Assembly: GCA_963582235.1 (NCBI GenBank)
Contig: CAUZRT010000002.1
Span: forward strand, 1 to 36,734
Direction of reading: 5' to 3'
Origin: Lentisphaeria bacterium
GTDB lineage: Bacteria; Verrucomicrobiota; Lentisphaeria; JABSQK01; CAJWLW01
Length of the DNA stretch: 36,734 bases
Position numbers and translations under genes: made by a program. Below the pieces are notes generated by a model. It was not told where the DNA came from and did no database searches. It worked only from the letters and a program-made list of their open reading frames with translations. Of the stretch, positions 17,176 through 26,779 are shown piece after piece. Numbering within the stretch: position 1 is the stretch's first letter; the number at the start of each line of letters is the position of its first letter.

Positions 17176-17772
17176 ATGGCCGGCAATTCAAAACTGACAT
17201 CGCGCAAGAAACTATTTTACGTGCTGGTCATACTGTTCCTGATCGGCTTGTACGCGCTCCACTTTCTCGAGCCCAGCAGTACCACCTTGCCGACGAAAGC
17301 ACGCATTGCCGAGGAAAAGGCGAAGATCCGCGACCTGAAAGAGAAGCTGGCCAAGCTCGAGGCCGTTGCCCATAAACGCGACAGCCGACGCGAGACCATC
17401 AAGCCAATGACGACCGGCTTCTGGCCATGGCAGGGACGGACGACGGCCAACGAAATCCAGTCCCGCATCCAGCGGATTGCCAATCAGGCTGGCGTCGAAC
17501 TGAGTAACGTCAGCACTCCGCAGATTCGCGAACTGAGTGATCACATTCGCGCCATCGAGGTCACGATTAATACGAGATCCAAGACCAGTATCAAATCCGT
17601 CTTCCGATTTATCCGAGACATTGAGGGGAACAAGCCGCACCTCCTAGAATTCAATGACTTTACGATTCGTCCCAACAAGCGGAAGGGACCGACCGGCGTC
17701 ACGGTAAAGAAGTGCAAGATCCGGGCATTCGTTCTTTCGAAGGAAGCGTCCGAATACCTGGAAGGGATCTGA
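17176..17772 (+). CDS. PilO/GspM-like bitopic protein
   Basis: N-terminal TM segment (LFYVLVILFLIGLYALHFL), a coiled coil, then an alpha/beta-like C-terminus. Assigned by position and architecture only. Confidence 0.4.
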   Translation: MAGNSKLTSRKKLFYVLVILFLIGLYALHFLEPSSTTLPTKARIAEEKAKIRDLKEKLAKLEAVAHKRDSRRETIKPMTTGFWPWQGRTTANEIQSRIQRIANQAGVELSNVSTPQIRELSDHIRAIEVTINTRSKTSIKSVFRFIRDIEGNKPHLLEFNDFTIRPNKRKGPTGVTVKKCKIRAFVLSKEASEYLEGI

Positions 17773-17839
17773 GACTTCAGGAAATGACGAATGACAGCCG
17801 GTCCGCCTCAGGCGGGAAATACATATCGGAGGTCGAACC

Positions 17840-18766
17840 ATGAAAGGGCTGCTGTTTCTCGCAAATATTCTGCTGACGGTGGCGGCGGTTCTGCTCACCG
17901 TCCATCTTGTGAAATCTTCGTCGGCCCCGACCGTATCCGACGAAGGGGCACTGGCCGCCAGTGAATTCCGGCCGCCATCGAAACGCAAAGCGGCACGACG
18001 CCCGAATGTGAATCGGGACGTCCGCCGGGCCGATGTTATCTGGGAGAAAAACCTCTTCCATCCGCAGCGGGTATTCGAGGAATTCGTCGAACCCGAAAAA
18101 CCCGAGATCGAAGAAGAGAAAGTCAACGAGGTTTTCGAACTGGTCAGCATTGCCCGGGTGCAGGACAGAGCCTGCGCCAGTATCATTTATCGGCAAGAGC
18201 GACCGAAGCCGAAGCGCGGACGCCGCACCCCGGCACGCCGGACCGCCAAGGCGCGCAAGCAACCGCCGCGGAAAGCCCGCAAGGATGAAAACCGAAAGGT
18301 TTATCGTCTTAACGATCCCGTCGGTGAGACCGGTTACATCCTCGCTAAGATCAACATCGATGCGGTGCTGTTGAGGAAAGGTGACCACGATCTCCCGTTA
18401 TATATCAATAAGGGAGATGAGTACAGCAAGGGCCGGCGGGAGGACGCCTTCAAGCAGTTAGCCAAGGCCGCCGATGCAGGGAAGAAGAAGACGGCTAGGG
18501 CGGGCCAGGCTGACAAAGCCAAAGCGGCGGCGAAAAAAGGCGCCCCGATGCGGCGGCCGCCGCCGCCGCCGCCGCCGCCGGCCGCCGCCGAGCCGACGCA
18601 GCCGGACGGCGGGAATCGGCAGACACGGATTCAGGACATTCGCAAGGCAATCACCGATACTGTCGGTGATGTCCGGACTCAGCGGCGGCGTGATGCCCGG
18701 ACTCGAAGAGACGACGTACGGCGGCGATTCATCCGCGGCGCCAGCGAAGGATGGGAAAGTGAGTGA
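17840..18766 (+). CDS. PilP/GspC-like bitopic protein with polybasic and poly-Pro low-complexity regions
   Basis: N-terminal TM segment. The core VFELVSIARVQDRACASIIY...KVYRLNDPVGETGYILAKINIDAVLLRKGDHDLPLYI resembles the GspC HR/PilP beta-domain. It sits immediately upstream of the secretin. Confidence 0.4.
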   Translation: MKGLLFLANILLTVAAVLLTVHLVKSSSAPTVSDEGALAASEFRPPSKRKAARRPNVNRDVRRADVIWEKNLFHPQRVFEEFVEPEKPEIEEEKVNEVFELVSIARVQDRACASIIYRQERPKPKRGRRTPARRTAKARKQPPRKARKDENRKVYRLNDPVGETGYILAKINIDAVLLRKGDHDLPLYINKGDEYSKGRREDAFKQLAKAADAGKKKTARAGQADKAKAAAKKGAPMRRPPPPPPPPAAAEPTQPDGGNRQTRIQDIRKAITDTVGDVRTQRRRDARTRRDDVRRRFIRGASEGWESE

Positions 18767-19228
18767 GAGCGCTGGACCCGGCTATCCGACGATGCAACAG
18801 AATTGACCGCATGTGACCGAGCCTTTTCAATCGTATCATTCAGTAATCATAGGCGAGCCTGTTTTGGACGTGAACAACGGGAGGTGCAAAGGTCTGTTCA
18901 GCCGTGGCTGAACAGACGGCACCGTGTTCTTACCTGACCACAATCGGCGTTTTTCCTCAGGGCGGCCCTGCCGACCCCGTCCGGGTCCAGCCAGGCGGCA
19001 AAAGGGACCATTCCCCGAATGACGGCCTGATCTCCGCGCACTTTCCATTCCTCTTGATGATTCCATGTGATCGTATCCGTTCAGAAAACCTGTAAAGAGG
19101 CGGTAGGTCGGGATCCCGCCGGGCTAGTACGGTGTACTAGTTCCGGAGGCGGAACCGGCGCCTCGTAGGCGGAGCCGGCAGGGGTGCGATTGCCGGTTCT
19201 AATCCCTAAAGATTCACAAAGGCCCTAC

Positions 19229-21493
19229 ATGATCAAGATTAACAATCTCCTGTTTCGCAGATTTTGCGGGCTGTTCATAGCCATTTTTGGCTTCACCTTC
19301 GTCAACGGCTGTCGCACGTTCGGTCCGCTGGCGACGGCCTATGCGGAGGCCGATGCACCGATGCCGGCGGCGGCAGGTCGCGCCGCTGAGACGATGCCGC
19401 CGGATGTCACGGCCGAAATCAAAACGGCCGGATTTGATGAAGGTGATCTGCCGCCGGACGGCATGGAAATGGATTATCCCTCCGAAGGTATTATTCTGCC
19501 GTCACGCAATCTCGAGCCGGATCCGGTGAAACCGCCGCGGTCGCGCTACCATCTCCCTGCCGATATGACCGCCGATATCGAGAACCCCGATGAGCTGACT
19601 CCGGTGGATTTTAATTTTGATGAATCCAGGATTACTGAAGTCGTCGAGATGTTCTCGATAACCCTCGAGTTTCAGTATCTGATCGATGCCAGCGTCTCCG
19701 GCACCGTCAATTTCAGGTTGACGGCAGAAATGCCGCGCCGCGAGGTGTGGGAGCTGTTTGAACACATTCTCTGGCTCAACGGGGCTTTCGCGACGAAAAA
19801 GCGAAAATTTGTCGAGATTCTACCGTTTGCTAAGATGCCACAGGATCGCTGGCTGTTCGCGACCCACGATCCCGTTCCGAACATCGACGTGTCGTTCGTA
19901 CGACTCTATAACACAGCGCCTAGTGACATCGCCGGCATGCTGAAGCCGTTCACGACCGAGGGCGCGACGATCCAACCCATTCAGCATTTAAACAGTCTAC
20001 TGATCATCGAGGCGCCGGCCAATATCGAGAAACTGTTGGAAATCATCGGTCGACTGGACGTCATGGGCGAGACGAAATGGCCGATGATCAGTTTTGCCTG
20101 CCACTATGTCGATGTCATGCAGATTCTGGACGAGCTCAAGGTGATCCTGCCGACACTGGGATTTCCCGTGACGACCAGTGAAAAAGGCGACGGCCACAGC
20201 ATCAAGCTTGTTGCTCTCGAACGGCCACAGGTATTGCTGGCCGCGGCGCCGACCGTCGAGGTCCTCGATGAGGTCCAGCGCTGGGTCGATCTCCTGGACC
20301 GCGAAAAGACCGGCGGAGACGAACAGGAGGAAATCTTTGAGTATGCGGTCAAATTCAACCGGGCCGACTTCCTCAGCGAGGCTGTCAGTGTGTTTTTTAC
20401 CGGCTCACGCACCACCGCTGCCTCGCCAAGCCGGCGGCGCCAGAGCGACGATACCCAGCAGCTGACCCGAGGGCAGGCGGCCCAGCCGGCGCAGATCCAG
20501 CAACAGTCGCGGCGCACCGCCGCTGCCGAAGGCGAAGCGCAGACCATATTCGACGTCCCCATCACCATCTTTGCCGACGGCAATCACAACCGCCTCATCG
20601 TTCGCACGACGCGGCGGGCGTGGGTGCGACTCAAACTCTTCCTCGAGAAATTCGACACACCGCCGCCCCAGGTCATGATTGAAATGTATATTGTTGATAT
20701 CCTGCTCGACAACGACACCGAGTTCGGCTTTAGATATGCCTGGAACGCCCGGTTCGGTGACTACGACGCAGACATTGGGTTTAATAAATCCGGCGAAGGC
20801 AATGTGCCCGGCAATAATTTCGGGTTTCTATTCGGGGAAGCCATTTCTCCGCAGGCATTGCTTCATCAGATAACGGCAATTGCCGGCGAATCAAACACGC
20901 GCGTATTGTCCACGCCACAAATCGTTGCTATGAGCGAGGAGACGGCGACCATCAACGTCGGTGACAGCGTCCCCATTCGCACGCGCACGGAGATAACCGA
21001 GGGGGGCCGGGATTTTTCGAACATTTCCTATCAGGACACCGGAACCATTCTCACTGTCACACCGCACATTACGGCAAAGAACATGGTTACTCTGGACCTG
21101 CAGCAGGAAGTCTCAGCAGCCAAAGCAACGGAATTCGGAGTTCAGGATACACCGACGATCACGCGCAGCACAGTGCAATCATCGCTCATCGTCGAGGATG
21201 GTGCGACGGTTCTGTTGGGTGGATTGATCCAGGAGGACAAGACGACGTCGGAGACCGGCGTGCCATTTTTAAAGGACTTGCCATATTTCGGCAGGTTCTT
21301 TACCGAAAAAAAGGAAAATGAAAAGCGCCGCGAACTGCTTCTGTTGATCACCGTCAAGGTGCTCGATATCCGGACTGACCATGCAAAGCTGGTCGAACGG
21401 TATGAAAGAGCTTTGGAAGTAATGGACGAGCGCGTTGGGCGCGCGACGGAAAGCCAATCTGGGCAGCCCCGAAAAATGATGTGGCGGTATTGA
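19229..21493 (+). CDS. Secretin (GspD/PilQ family), lipobox-like signal
   Basis: C-terminal secretin domain: NTRVLSTPQIVAMSEETATINVGDSVPI...ISYQDTGTILTVTPHI...TITRSTVQSSLIVEDGATVLLGGLI......GVPFLKDLPYFGRFF. I prefer the ATG at 19229 (MIKINNLLFRRFCGLFIAIFGFTFVNGC) over the track start at 19184. Confidence 0.9.
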   Translation: MIKINNLLFRRFCGLFIAIFGFTFVNGCRTFGPLATAYAEADAPMPAAAGRAAETMPPDVTAEIKTAGFDEGDLPPDGMEMDYPSEGIILPSRNLEPDPVKPPRSRYHLPADMTADIENPDELTPVDFNFDESRITEVVEMFSITLEFQYLIDASVSGTVNFRLTAEMPRREVWELFEHILWLNGAFATKKRKFVEILPFAKMPQDRWLFATHDPVPNIDVSFVRLYNTAPSDIAGMLKPFTTEGATIQPIQHLNSLLIIEAPANIEKLLEIIGRLDVMGETKWPMISFACHYVDVMQILDELKVILPTLGFPVTTSEKGDGHSIKLVALERPQVLLAAAPTVEVLDEVQRWVDLLDREKTGGDEQEEIFEYAVKFNRADFLSEAVSVFFTGSRTTAASPSRRRQSDDTQQLTRGQAAQPAQIQQQSRRTAAAEGEAQTIFDVPITIFADGNHNRLIVRTTRRAWVRLKLFLEKFDTPPPQVMIEMYIVDILLDNDTEFGFRYAWNARFGDYDADIGFNKSGEGNVPGNNFGFLFGEAISPQALLHQITAIAGESNTRVLSTPQIVAMSEETATINVGDSVPIRTRTEITEGGRDFSNISYQDTGTILTVTPHITAKNMVTLDLQQEVSAAKATEFGVQDTPTITRSTVQSSLIVEDGATVLLGGLIQEDKTTSETGVPFLKDLPYFGRFFTEKKENEKRRELLLLITVKVLDIRTDHAKLVERYERALEVMDERVGRATESQSGQPRKMMWRY

Positions 21494-21562
21494 GGAGATG
21501 GCGTGTTGGCATGATGGAATTGTGGAAGGTCGGAAGGTAACTATTCAGGTACTCGAACGCTT

Positions 21563-21609
21563 GGGTATTTGCGGCCCAACGGCGCGAGGTCGTCGGGCCG
21601 CAAATACCC
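21563..21609 (+). other. Perfect 15-bp hairpin (GGGTATTTGCGGCCC / GGGCCGCAAATACCC, 17-nt loop) in the secretin-ATPase spacer
   Basis: Read directly from the sequence. It begins 13 nt after AACTATTCAGGT (21539-21550). No U-tract follows. Confidence 0.85.
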
Positions 21610-21698
21610 GACGCCGAATGCACCTTCTGACCACTGTATATCGTCACAACAGTGCGCCATCATTCCACCATTCCGACAATCGCCGCAGGCGTTCCAAA

Positions 21699-23504
21699 AT
21701 GAACTCATCGGACAACATAAATGAGCCGGGATCGGACCAATCCATCCGCCGGCCGGATGACGACTTCGGCGCCCATGCGTCGACGGAGACCGGGCCCGCT
21801 CCGGCAACCGGCGACGCAGCCGCGACGGACGATCAGCCCGTTTCGACCACCGTCGATATCGATGCCATCCGGGACAAGATCCAGACGTTCCTCGATGACG
21901 GTGCGGCACTGGATGACTTTCAACCCATGGATGAATGGGACCTGTGCACCCAGGGGCGGCTGTCCGAACAGGACATTCTCCAGGGCTATGCGCAGGCGAC
22001 GGGTCTGCCGGTTATCGAGGACGAAGGACTGGAAAACATCAACAGCTTTTCGGGTATTACCTTCGACTATCTCAACAACTGGCTTTGCCTGCCCGTTTCG
22101 TGGGACGATGTGTCGGTTGCACTCGCTGTAGCGACGCCGTATAATCTTGGAGAGATCGCGTACCACTGGCGGCATCTGCTCGGTCGCAAGGTCGAATTTT
22201 ACCTTTCCCAGCGCACCCACATCGAACGCCTGCTGAGCGAGCTGTACGAACATAAGCCGGGTAAAGGCGACATCGACGGCCTGGCCGTTGACGGGGACGC
22301 CAGCGAGGAGGCGTTGCGGGACCTGGCATTGGAAGCGCCGATCGTCCGGCTTGTCAACGACATGTTCGCCCGTGCCGTCGAGATGACGGCCAGCGATATC
22401 CACGTGGAACCATCGGAAAAACAGCTGGCGATTCGATTCCGTATCGACGGTCTGCTGCAGACCGTCATGACGCCGCCGATCGCCTCCTATTCCGCCATCG
22501 CCAGCCGCTTGAAACTGATCGGCGGTTTGAACATCGCTGAACGCCGTCTGCCGCAGGACGGCCGCACCGACCTGCAGATCGGCCGCTCTCAGATCGATGT
22601 CCGCCTAAGCACCGTTCCCTCCATGCACGGCGAGAGCATCGTCCTGCGGATCCTGCGCAAGAACATCGAGCTCTTTACGCTGGAGAATATCGGCATGGGG
22701 TCGGAGTTGATGGGGCGGTTCGCGCAGCTGATCAAACTGCCCCACGGCATGGTCCTGGTCGTCGGGCCCACGGGCAGCGGCAAGACGACAACGCTCTATT
22801 GCGTCATGAATTTGCTGGACTCGGAGGAGAAGAAAATCATCACCATCGAAGATCCGGTGGAATACCAGATCGCCGGTGTCACGCAAATTCAGGTGCGGCC
22901 GACCATCGGGCTGACGTTCGCCGGCGGGCTGCGTCACATTGTGCGCCAGGATCCCGACATCATTCTTGTCGGTGAGATTCGCGACAAGGAAACCGCCGAC
23001 ATCGCCATCAATGCGGCATTGACCGGCCATCTGGTCCTGAGTACGCTGCATACGAACGATGCAACCGGCGCCATCAGCCGTCTCCTCGATATGGGGGTGG
23101 AAAAATTTCTCATCTCCTCAGCATTGGTGGGCGTACTGTCTCAGCGCCTGATACGGAAGGTCTGCGCTGTCTGCAAGGGCACCGGGTTGCCGGCCAGCGG
23201 TTTCGAGTACAATGCAACGCGCACCCATGTTGAAAACACCGTGACCGGCGAGCAGACGCAGACGATCCGGCCCTGCCGGAACTGTGCCGGCTCCGGCTTC
23301 CGCGACCGTGTCGGCATCTTCGAGTTTCTTGCCGTGGACGATGACATCCGCCGCGGCATCGCTCATGAAGTCGACAACGCCACATTGAATGCCACAGCCC
23401 GGAAGAACGGCATGCGGACGCTGCGTGAGGATGGCGAATCGAAGGCCGCAAGCGGCGTCACCACCGCCGCCGAGGTGGCGCGAGCCTGTCAGCTGGATTT
23501 CTAG
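21699..23504 (+). CDS. GspE/PilB-family secretion ATPase
   Basis: T2SSE_N-like N-domain, Walker A (GPTGSGKTTTLY), Walker B (DPDIILVGEIRD), His box (GHLVLSTLHTNDA) and a CxxC...CxxC cluster (CAVCKG...CRNCAGSG). I prefer the ATG at 21699 because the track start at 21498 reads through the structured spacer. Confidence 0.9.
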   Translation: MNSSDNINEPGSDQSIRRPDDDFGAHASTETGPAPATGDAAATDDQPVSTTVDIDAIRDKIQTFLDDGAALDDFQPMDEWDLCTQGRLSEQDILQGYAQATGLPVIEDEGLENINSFSGITFDYLNNWLCLPVSWDDVSVALAVATPYNLGEIAYHWRHLLGRKVEFYLSQRTHIERLLSELYEHKPGKGDIDGLAVDGDASEEALRDLALEAPIVRLVNDMFARAVEMTASDIHVEPSEKQLAIRFRIDGLLQTVMTPPIASYSAIASRLKLIGGLNIAERRLPQDGRTDLQIGRSQIDVRLSTVPSMHGESIVLRILRKNIELFTLENIGMGSELMGRFAQLIKLPHGMVLVVGPTGSGKTTTLYCVMNLLDSEEKKIITIEDPVEYQIAGVTQIQVRPTIGLTFAGGLRHIVRQDPDIILVGEIRDKETADIAINAALTGHLVLSTLHTNDATGAISRLLDMGVEKFLISSALVGVLSQRLIRKVCAVCKGTGLPASGFEYNATRTHVENTVTGEQTQTIRPCRNCAGSGFRDRVGIFEFLAVDDDIRRGIAHEVDNATLNATARKNGMRTLREDGESKAASGVTTAAEVARACQLDF

Positions 23505-23514
23505 TATTTTTTGG

Positions 23515-24075
23515 CTACCGCCTCAAAAAATACAGCACCGTATCACCGTACGTTTTTTCCCGGAAAACTTCCCACTCTCCCGTCGCGCCTTCCGCGAGCC
23601 GATTGTGTACGGACTGCTCGAGTACGAGCATCGCCGACCCGGCCCATTCCGCGAAGTCACTACTCTGCAGCAAATCGACAGCCCCTTTCTCCCCCGGCCC
23701 CGGATGATAGGGCGGATCGGCAAGTATTACATCCGGTCGCACGGCGGCCAGGATTTGCGGCGCCCGCATGACATCGCCACGAATGACATGAGCCGAATCC
23801 TTGCGGCCACAGGATTTGACGACTTTCGCCGCGTTGCGCTCGATCAGTCTGCAGTTCCGCGCCTGGTTTTCCACCAAGTAAACCGCCGCGGCGCCGCGAC
23901 TCAGGGCCTCCAGCCCAAGGGCGCCGGAGCCGGCGAAAAGATCGACGACGATCCGCTCCTGGAGATCGCCAAGTATAGCGAACATGGATTCCTTGACTCG
24001 GTCGGTGGTCGGCCGGACCGTCCGGGCTGGCGGCGACAAAACAACACCCTTGGCTCCGCCGCTGATAATACGCAT
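23515..24075 (-). CDS. rsmD: 16S rRNA (guanine966-N2)-methyltransferase
   Basis: MRIISGGAKG..L.......RPTTDRVKESMFAILG....VVDLFAGSGALGLEALSRGA......E......ADPPY. Confidence 0.85.
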   Translation of the reverse strand: MRIISGGAKGVVLSPPARTVRPTTDRVKESMFAILGDLQERIVVDLFAGSGALGLEALSRGAAAVYLVENQARNCRLIERNAAKVVKSCGRKDSAHVIRGDVMRAPQILAAVRPDVILADPPYHPGPGEKGAVDLLQSSDFAEWAGSAMLVLEQSVHNRLAEGATGEWEVFREKTYGDTVLYFLRR

Positions 24076-24094
24076 TTTTGATTTTCGATTCCCT

Positions 24095-25642
24095 TCATTC
24101 CCATTCGATCGTGCTGGGTGGTTTTGAGCTTATGTCGTAGCAGACACGGTTGACGCCACGGACTTCATTGATGATCCGGTTGGATATATGCCCGAGTATT
24201 TCATATGGAATATGCGACCAGTCGGCCGTCATTCCGTCGAGGCTCTCGACAATGCGGATGGCAATGGTGTTTTCATAGGTCCGCTCGTCGCCCATGACCC
24301 CGACGCTCTGCACCGGGAGCAGCACGGCAAACGACTGCCACACCTTGTAGTAGTGGCCGGTCTCTTTCATAATCTGAATGACGATCTTGTCGGCCTGACG
24401 CAGGACGGTCAGGCGCTCCGGCGTCACTTCGCCGATGATTCGCACGGCCAGACCGGGACCGGGGAAGGGCTGCCGCATAACGACTTCTTGGGAGAGCCCG
24501 AGCTGCCGACCGACTTCGCGCACTTCATCCTTGAACAGATTGCGCAATGGCTCGACCAGTTCGAGTTGCATGATCTCCGGCAGGCCGCCGACGTTGTGAT
24601 GACTCTTTATCAAGGCGCTCGGATTCCCGTCGATCGAAACACTTTCAATGACGTCAGGATAGGTTGTCCCCTGCCCCAGGAAACGGGCCTTTTCGAATTT
24701 CCGTGCTTCCTCCTCGAAAACGGCGATGAACTCATGCCCGATGATCTTTCGCTTCTCTTCCGGATCGATGACACCGACAAGCGGCTTCAAGAAGCGGTCG
24801 GTGGCGTCGACATAATCCAGGTTCATGGCGAAGGCATTGCCGAACATGCGGCGGACAGCCTCCGGTTCGCCTTCCCGGACCAGGCCGTTGTTTACGAAAA
24901 TACTGGAGAGCTGGGCACCGATGGCTTTGTGCAACAGGGCGGCGGCGACGGACGAGTCAACGCCGCCACTGAGACCGAGGATGACCTGGTCGTCTTTCAC
25001 TTGCTCGCGAATTTCACGTACGCTTTGATCAATGAAGGACGCCATCGTCCAGGTTCCGTGACACGAGCTGATGCTGCGGCAGAAATTGCGCAGGATGTCG
25101 GTCCCGTATTCCGTATGGGCCACCTCGGGATGAAACTGCAACCCGAAGAGCTTCGCCTCGATGTTGGCAATGGCTGCGAATTCACTGTTCGACGTGGTCG
25201 CGATGGTCGTGAATCCGGGCGGCAACGACAGCACCTTATCGCCATGACTCATCCATACCCTTTGCTGTTCGGGCAGCCCGTCTAGCAGATCCGTATCCAC
25301 CGCTCTGTCCAGCATGGCGTGGCCGAACTCGCGTCTGCTGCTTGATGCCACCTCGCCGTCCAAGTGGTAGACCATGAGTTGAAGCCCGTAACATATCCCG
25401 AGCACTGGAATACCCAGCCCGAACAGGGTCGGGTCGCATTGCGGCGCCTCCGAGTTGTAAACGCTTGCCGGGCCGCCACTGAGGATCATGCCGGCCGGAG
25501 CCAGACGTTCGATTTCCGCAACCGCGAGATTATACGGGACAACGCGGCTGTAGATATTCAGCTCCCGAACGCGCCGGGCAATCAACTGTGTATACTGGGA
25601 ACCGAAGTCAAGAATAATGATCGTTTCTATGGGAGTATCCAA
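24095..25642 (-). CDS. guaA: GMP synthase (glutamine-hydrolysing)
   Basis: [18 protein letters not shown], the GATase region, LSGGVDSSV (ATP-PPase P-loop) and the C-terminal PPSTIEWE. Apparent TTG start at 25642. Confidence 0.95.
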   Translation of the reverse strand: MDTPIETIIILDFGSQYTQLIARRVRELNIYSRVVPYNLAVAEIERLAPAGMILSGGPASVYNSEAPQCDPTLFGLGIPVLGICYGLQLMVYHLDGEVASSSRREFGHAMLDRAVDTDLLDGLPEQQRVWMSHGDKVLSLPPGFTTIATTSNSEFAAIANIEAKLFGLQFHPEVAHTEYGTDILRNFCRSISSCHGTWTMASFIDQSVREIREQVKDDQVILGLSGGVDSSVAAALLHKAIGAQLSSIFVNNGLVREGEPEAVRRMFGNAFAMNLDYVDATDRFLKPLVGVIDPEEKRKIIGHEFIAVFEEEARKFEKARFLGQGTTYPDVIESVSIDGNPSALIKSHHNVGGLPEIMQLELVEPLRNLFKDEVREVGRQLGLSQEVVMRQPFPGPGLAVRIIGEVTPERLTVLRQADKIVIQIMKETGHYYKVWQSFAVLLPVQSVGVMGDERTYENTIAIRIVESLDGMTADWSHIPYEILGHISNRIINEVRGVNRVCYDISSKPPSTIEWE

Positions 25643-25654
25643 TGGATCGGGGAA

Positions 25655-25682
25655 AATGGTGAATGGTGAATGGTGAATGGTT
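25655..25682. repeat. Heptamer tandem repeat (AATGGTG) x3 plus one imperfect copy
   Basis: Read directly from the sequence. It fills most of the 38-nt gap between the Zn-ribbon ORF stop (25681-25683) and the guaA start (25642). On the coding strand it reads CCATTCA repeats. Confidence 0.9.
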
Positions 25683-25938
25683 AGTATCGCATCCGCTTCG
25701 ACGACCTCTTATCGCGGATTCGCACAAGAACATTACACGCGGGGCACCGCCTGACACGTTCCACCCGCCGACTCAGAAACGTCAAACCGCAGGCACGGCA
25801 GCGGCACAACAACTCCTCGGAGAGGTTCCAATGGCGACCGTTCAGCACCCATAGATGCCGGATACTGAGTACGGCCAGGCACCCAAGAGCAGCGACGATG
25901 CACACCAGGAAAAAATTACTAGAACCAATCGATATCAT
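25681..25938 (-). CDS. Small membrane-anchored zinc-ribbon protein (hypothetical)
   Basis: [26 protein letters not shown] forms a TM segment, followed by CRCRACG-x17-CPACN. The internal ATG at 25938 overlaps the upstream gene by 20 nt. The longer track ORF (to 26007) would overlap by 89 nt. Confidence 0.45.
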   Translation of the reverse strand: MISIGSSNFFLVCIVAALGCLAVLSIRHLWVLNGRHWNLSEELLCRCRACGLTFLSRRVERVRRCPACNVLVRIRDKRSSKRMRY

Positions 25939-26779
25939 AACGTTGTTTTCGCTCGTCCGCTTCAGGTTCCTCGATGACTGCGCCGAGAAATCGCCAATGA
26001 ACGTCAAAACGGCTGTCCTCGCCCAGCCATGGGCTTGCCTTGCGCGCCAGGACCGTCTGGTTCTTGTCTCTGCTGAACAACCGCCGCAGATGAGTCACGG
26101 CGGCGGTATCGAGATCGATATCACCGCAGGAGCGAATCAACCGCACGCGGAACTGATCGTAATACGGTGAGACGCGGATTCGGGTGGGTCCCGTTGTCCG
26201 CCGCATGACAGTTAAATCGATACCATATGCACCCAAATCGAGCACCGGCAGCCCGTCAACGGTTCGTCCGTTTTCATCCGTCCAGACGATCCCCGGCGCC
26301 CGGCTTTCCACCTGCTGCTGCGTTCCCGCCATTGCCGGCGGGATCATCCGCCGCGACTTTTCCATATATTGCAGTAAATCGTCGACACCGGGCGTCAGTT
26401 GCAACGAGGGCGGTGTTGGCCGCTGGGCATAGCGGCCGGCGAAGGCCATACGTTCGAAGTCTGCGAAGGGGCGTTCGAAGTCCATATTCCGGATCTGGCT
26501 GAAGCCGTAGGTCTGATTCGGTAGTGAGATGATCGTCGGATCCAGTAAGTCGATCCAGGCCAACACGTGCTGCTGCCATTTCATCTGCCACGGTGGCACA
26601 TGCCGTTCAACCGGCAGAAAGATGACGTCGCCGAGGGCGGGTTCGAGATTGCCATCGATGGCCTTTGCACTGCTCTCGATGCGCAGGCCGAAGAGGAAGG
26701 CGGCGTAGACGGCGGCAACGACGACGATGGCATACAGGTAATCCCGTCTGTAATAGGAGCGCCTCGATGTACGGCTCAT
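25919..26779 (-). CDS. N-terminally anchored periplasmic protein, possible divergent TonB-like partner
   Basis: One TM segment (YLYAIVVVAAVYAAFLFGL). The ATG overlaps the ExbD stop (ATGA). The C-terminal IRVSPYYDQFRVRLIRSCGDIDLDTAAVTHLRRLF loosely resembles the TonB C-domain SSG..LD.AA motif. There is no Pro-rich linker. Confidence 0.5.
   Translation of the reverse strand: MSRTSRRSYYRRDYLYAIVVVAAVYAAFLFGLRIESSAKAIDGNLEPALGDVIFLPVERHVPPWQMKWQQHVLAWIDLLDPTIISLPNQTYGFSQIRNMDFERPFADFERMAFAGRYAQRPTPPSLQLTPGVDDLLQYMEKSRRMIPPAMAGTQQQVESRAPGIVWTDENGRTVDGLPVLDLGAYGIDLTVMRRTTGPTRIRVSPYYDQFRVRLIRSCGDIDLDTAAVTHLRRLFSRDKNQTVLARKASPWLGEDSRFDVHWRFLGAVIEEPEADERKQRYDIDWF

Noticed and set aside
21498-21698. 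N-terminal 67-codon extension of the ATPase ORF
   Set aside because: It would translate the hairpin and word-repeat spacer into non-protein-like sequence. The homologous T2SSE_N region begins well after the ATG at 21699.
24188-25285. 365-aa ORF antisense to guaA
   Set aside because: It lies entirely within a confidently identified guaA on the other strand. The composition is typical of high-GC antisense frames, and I recognise no domain.
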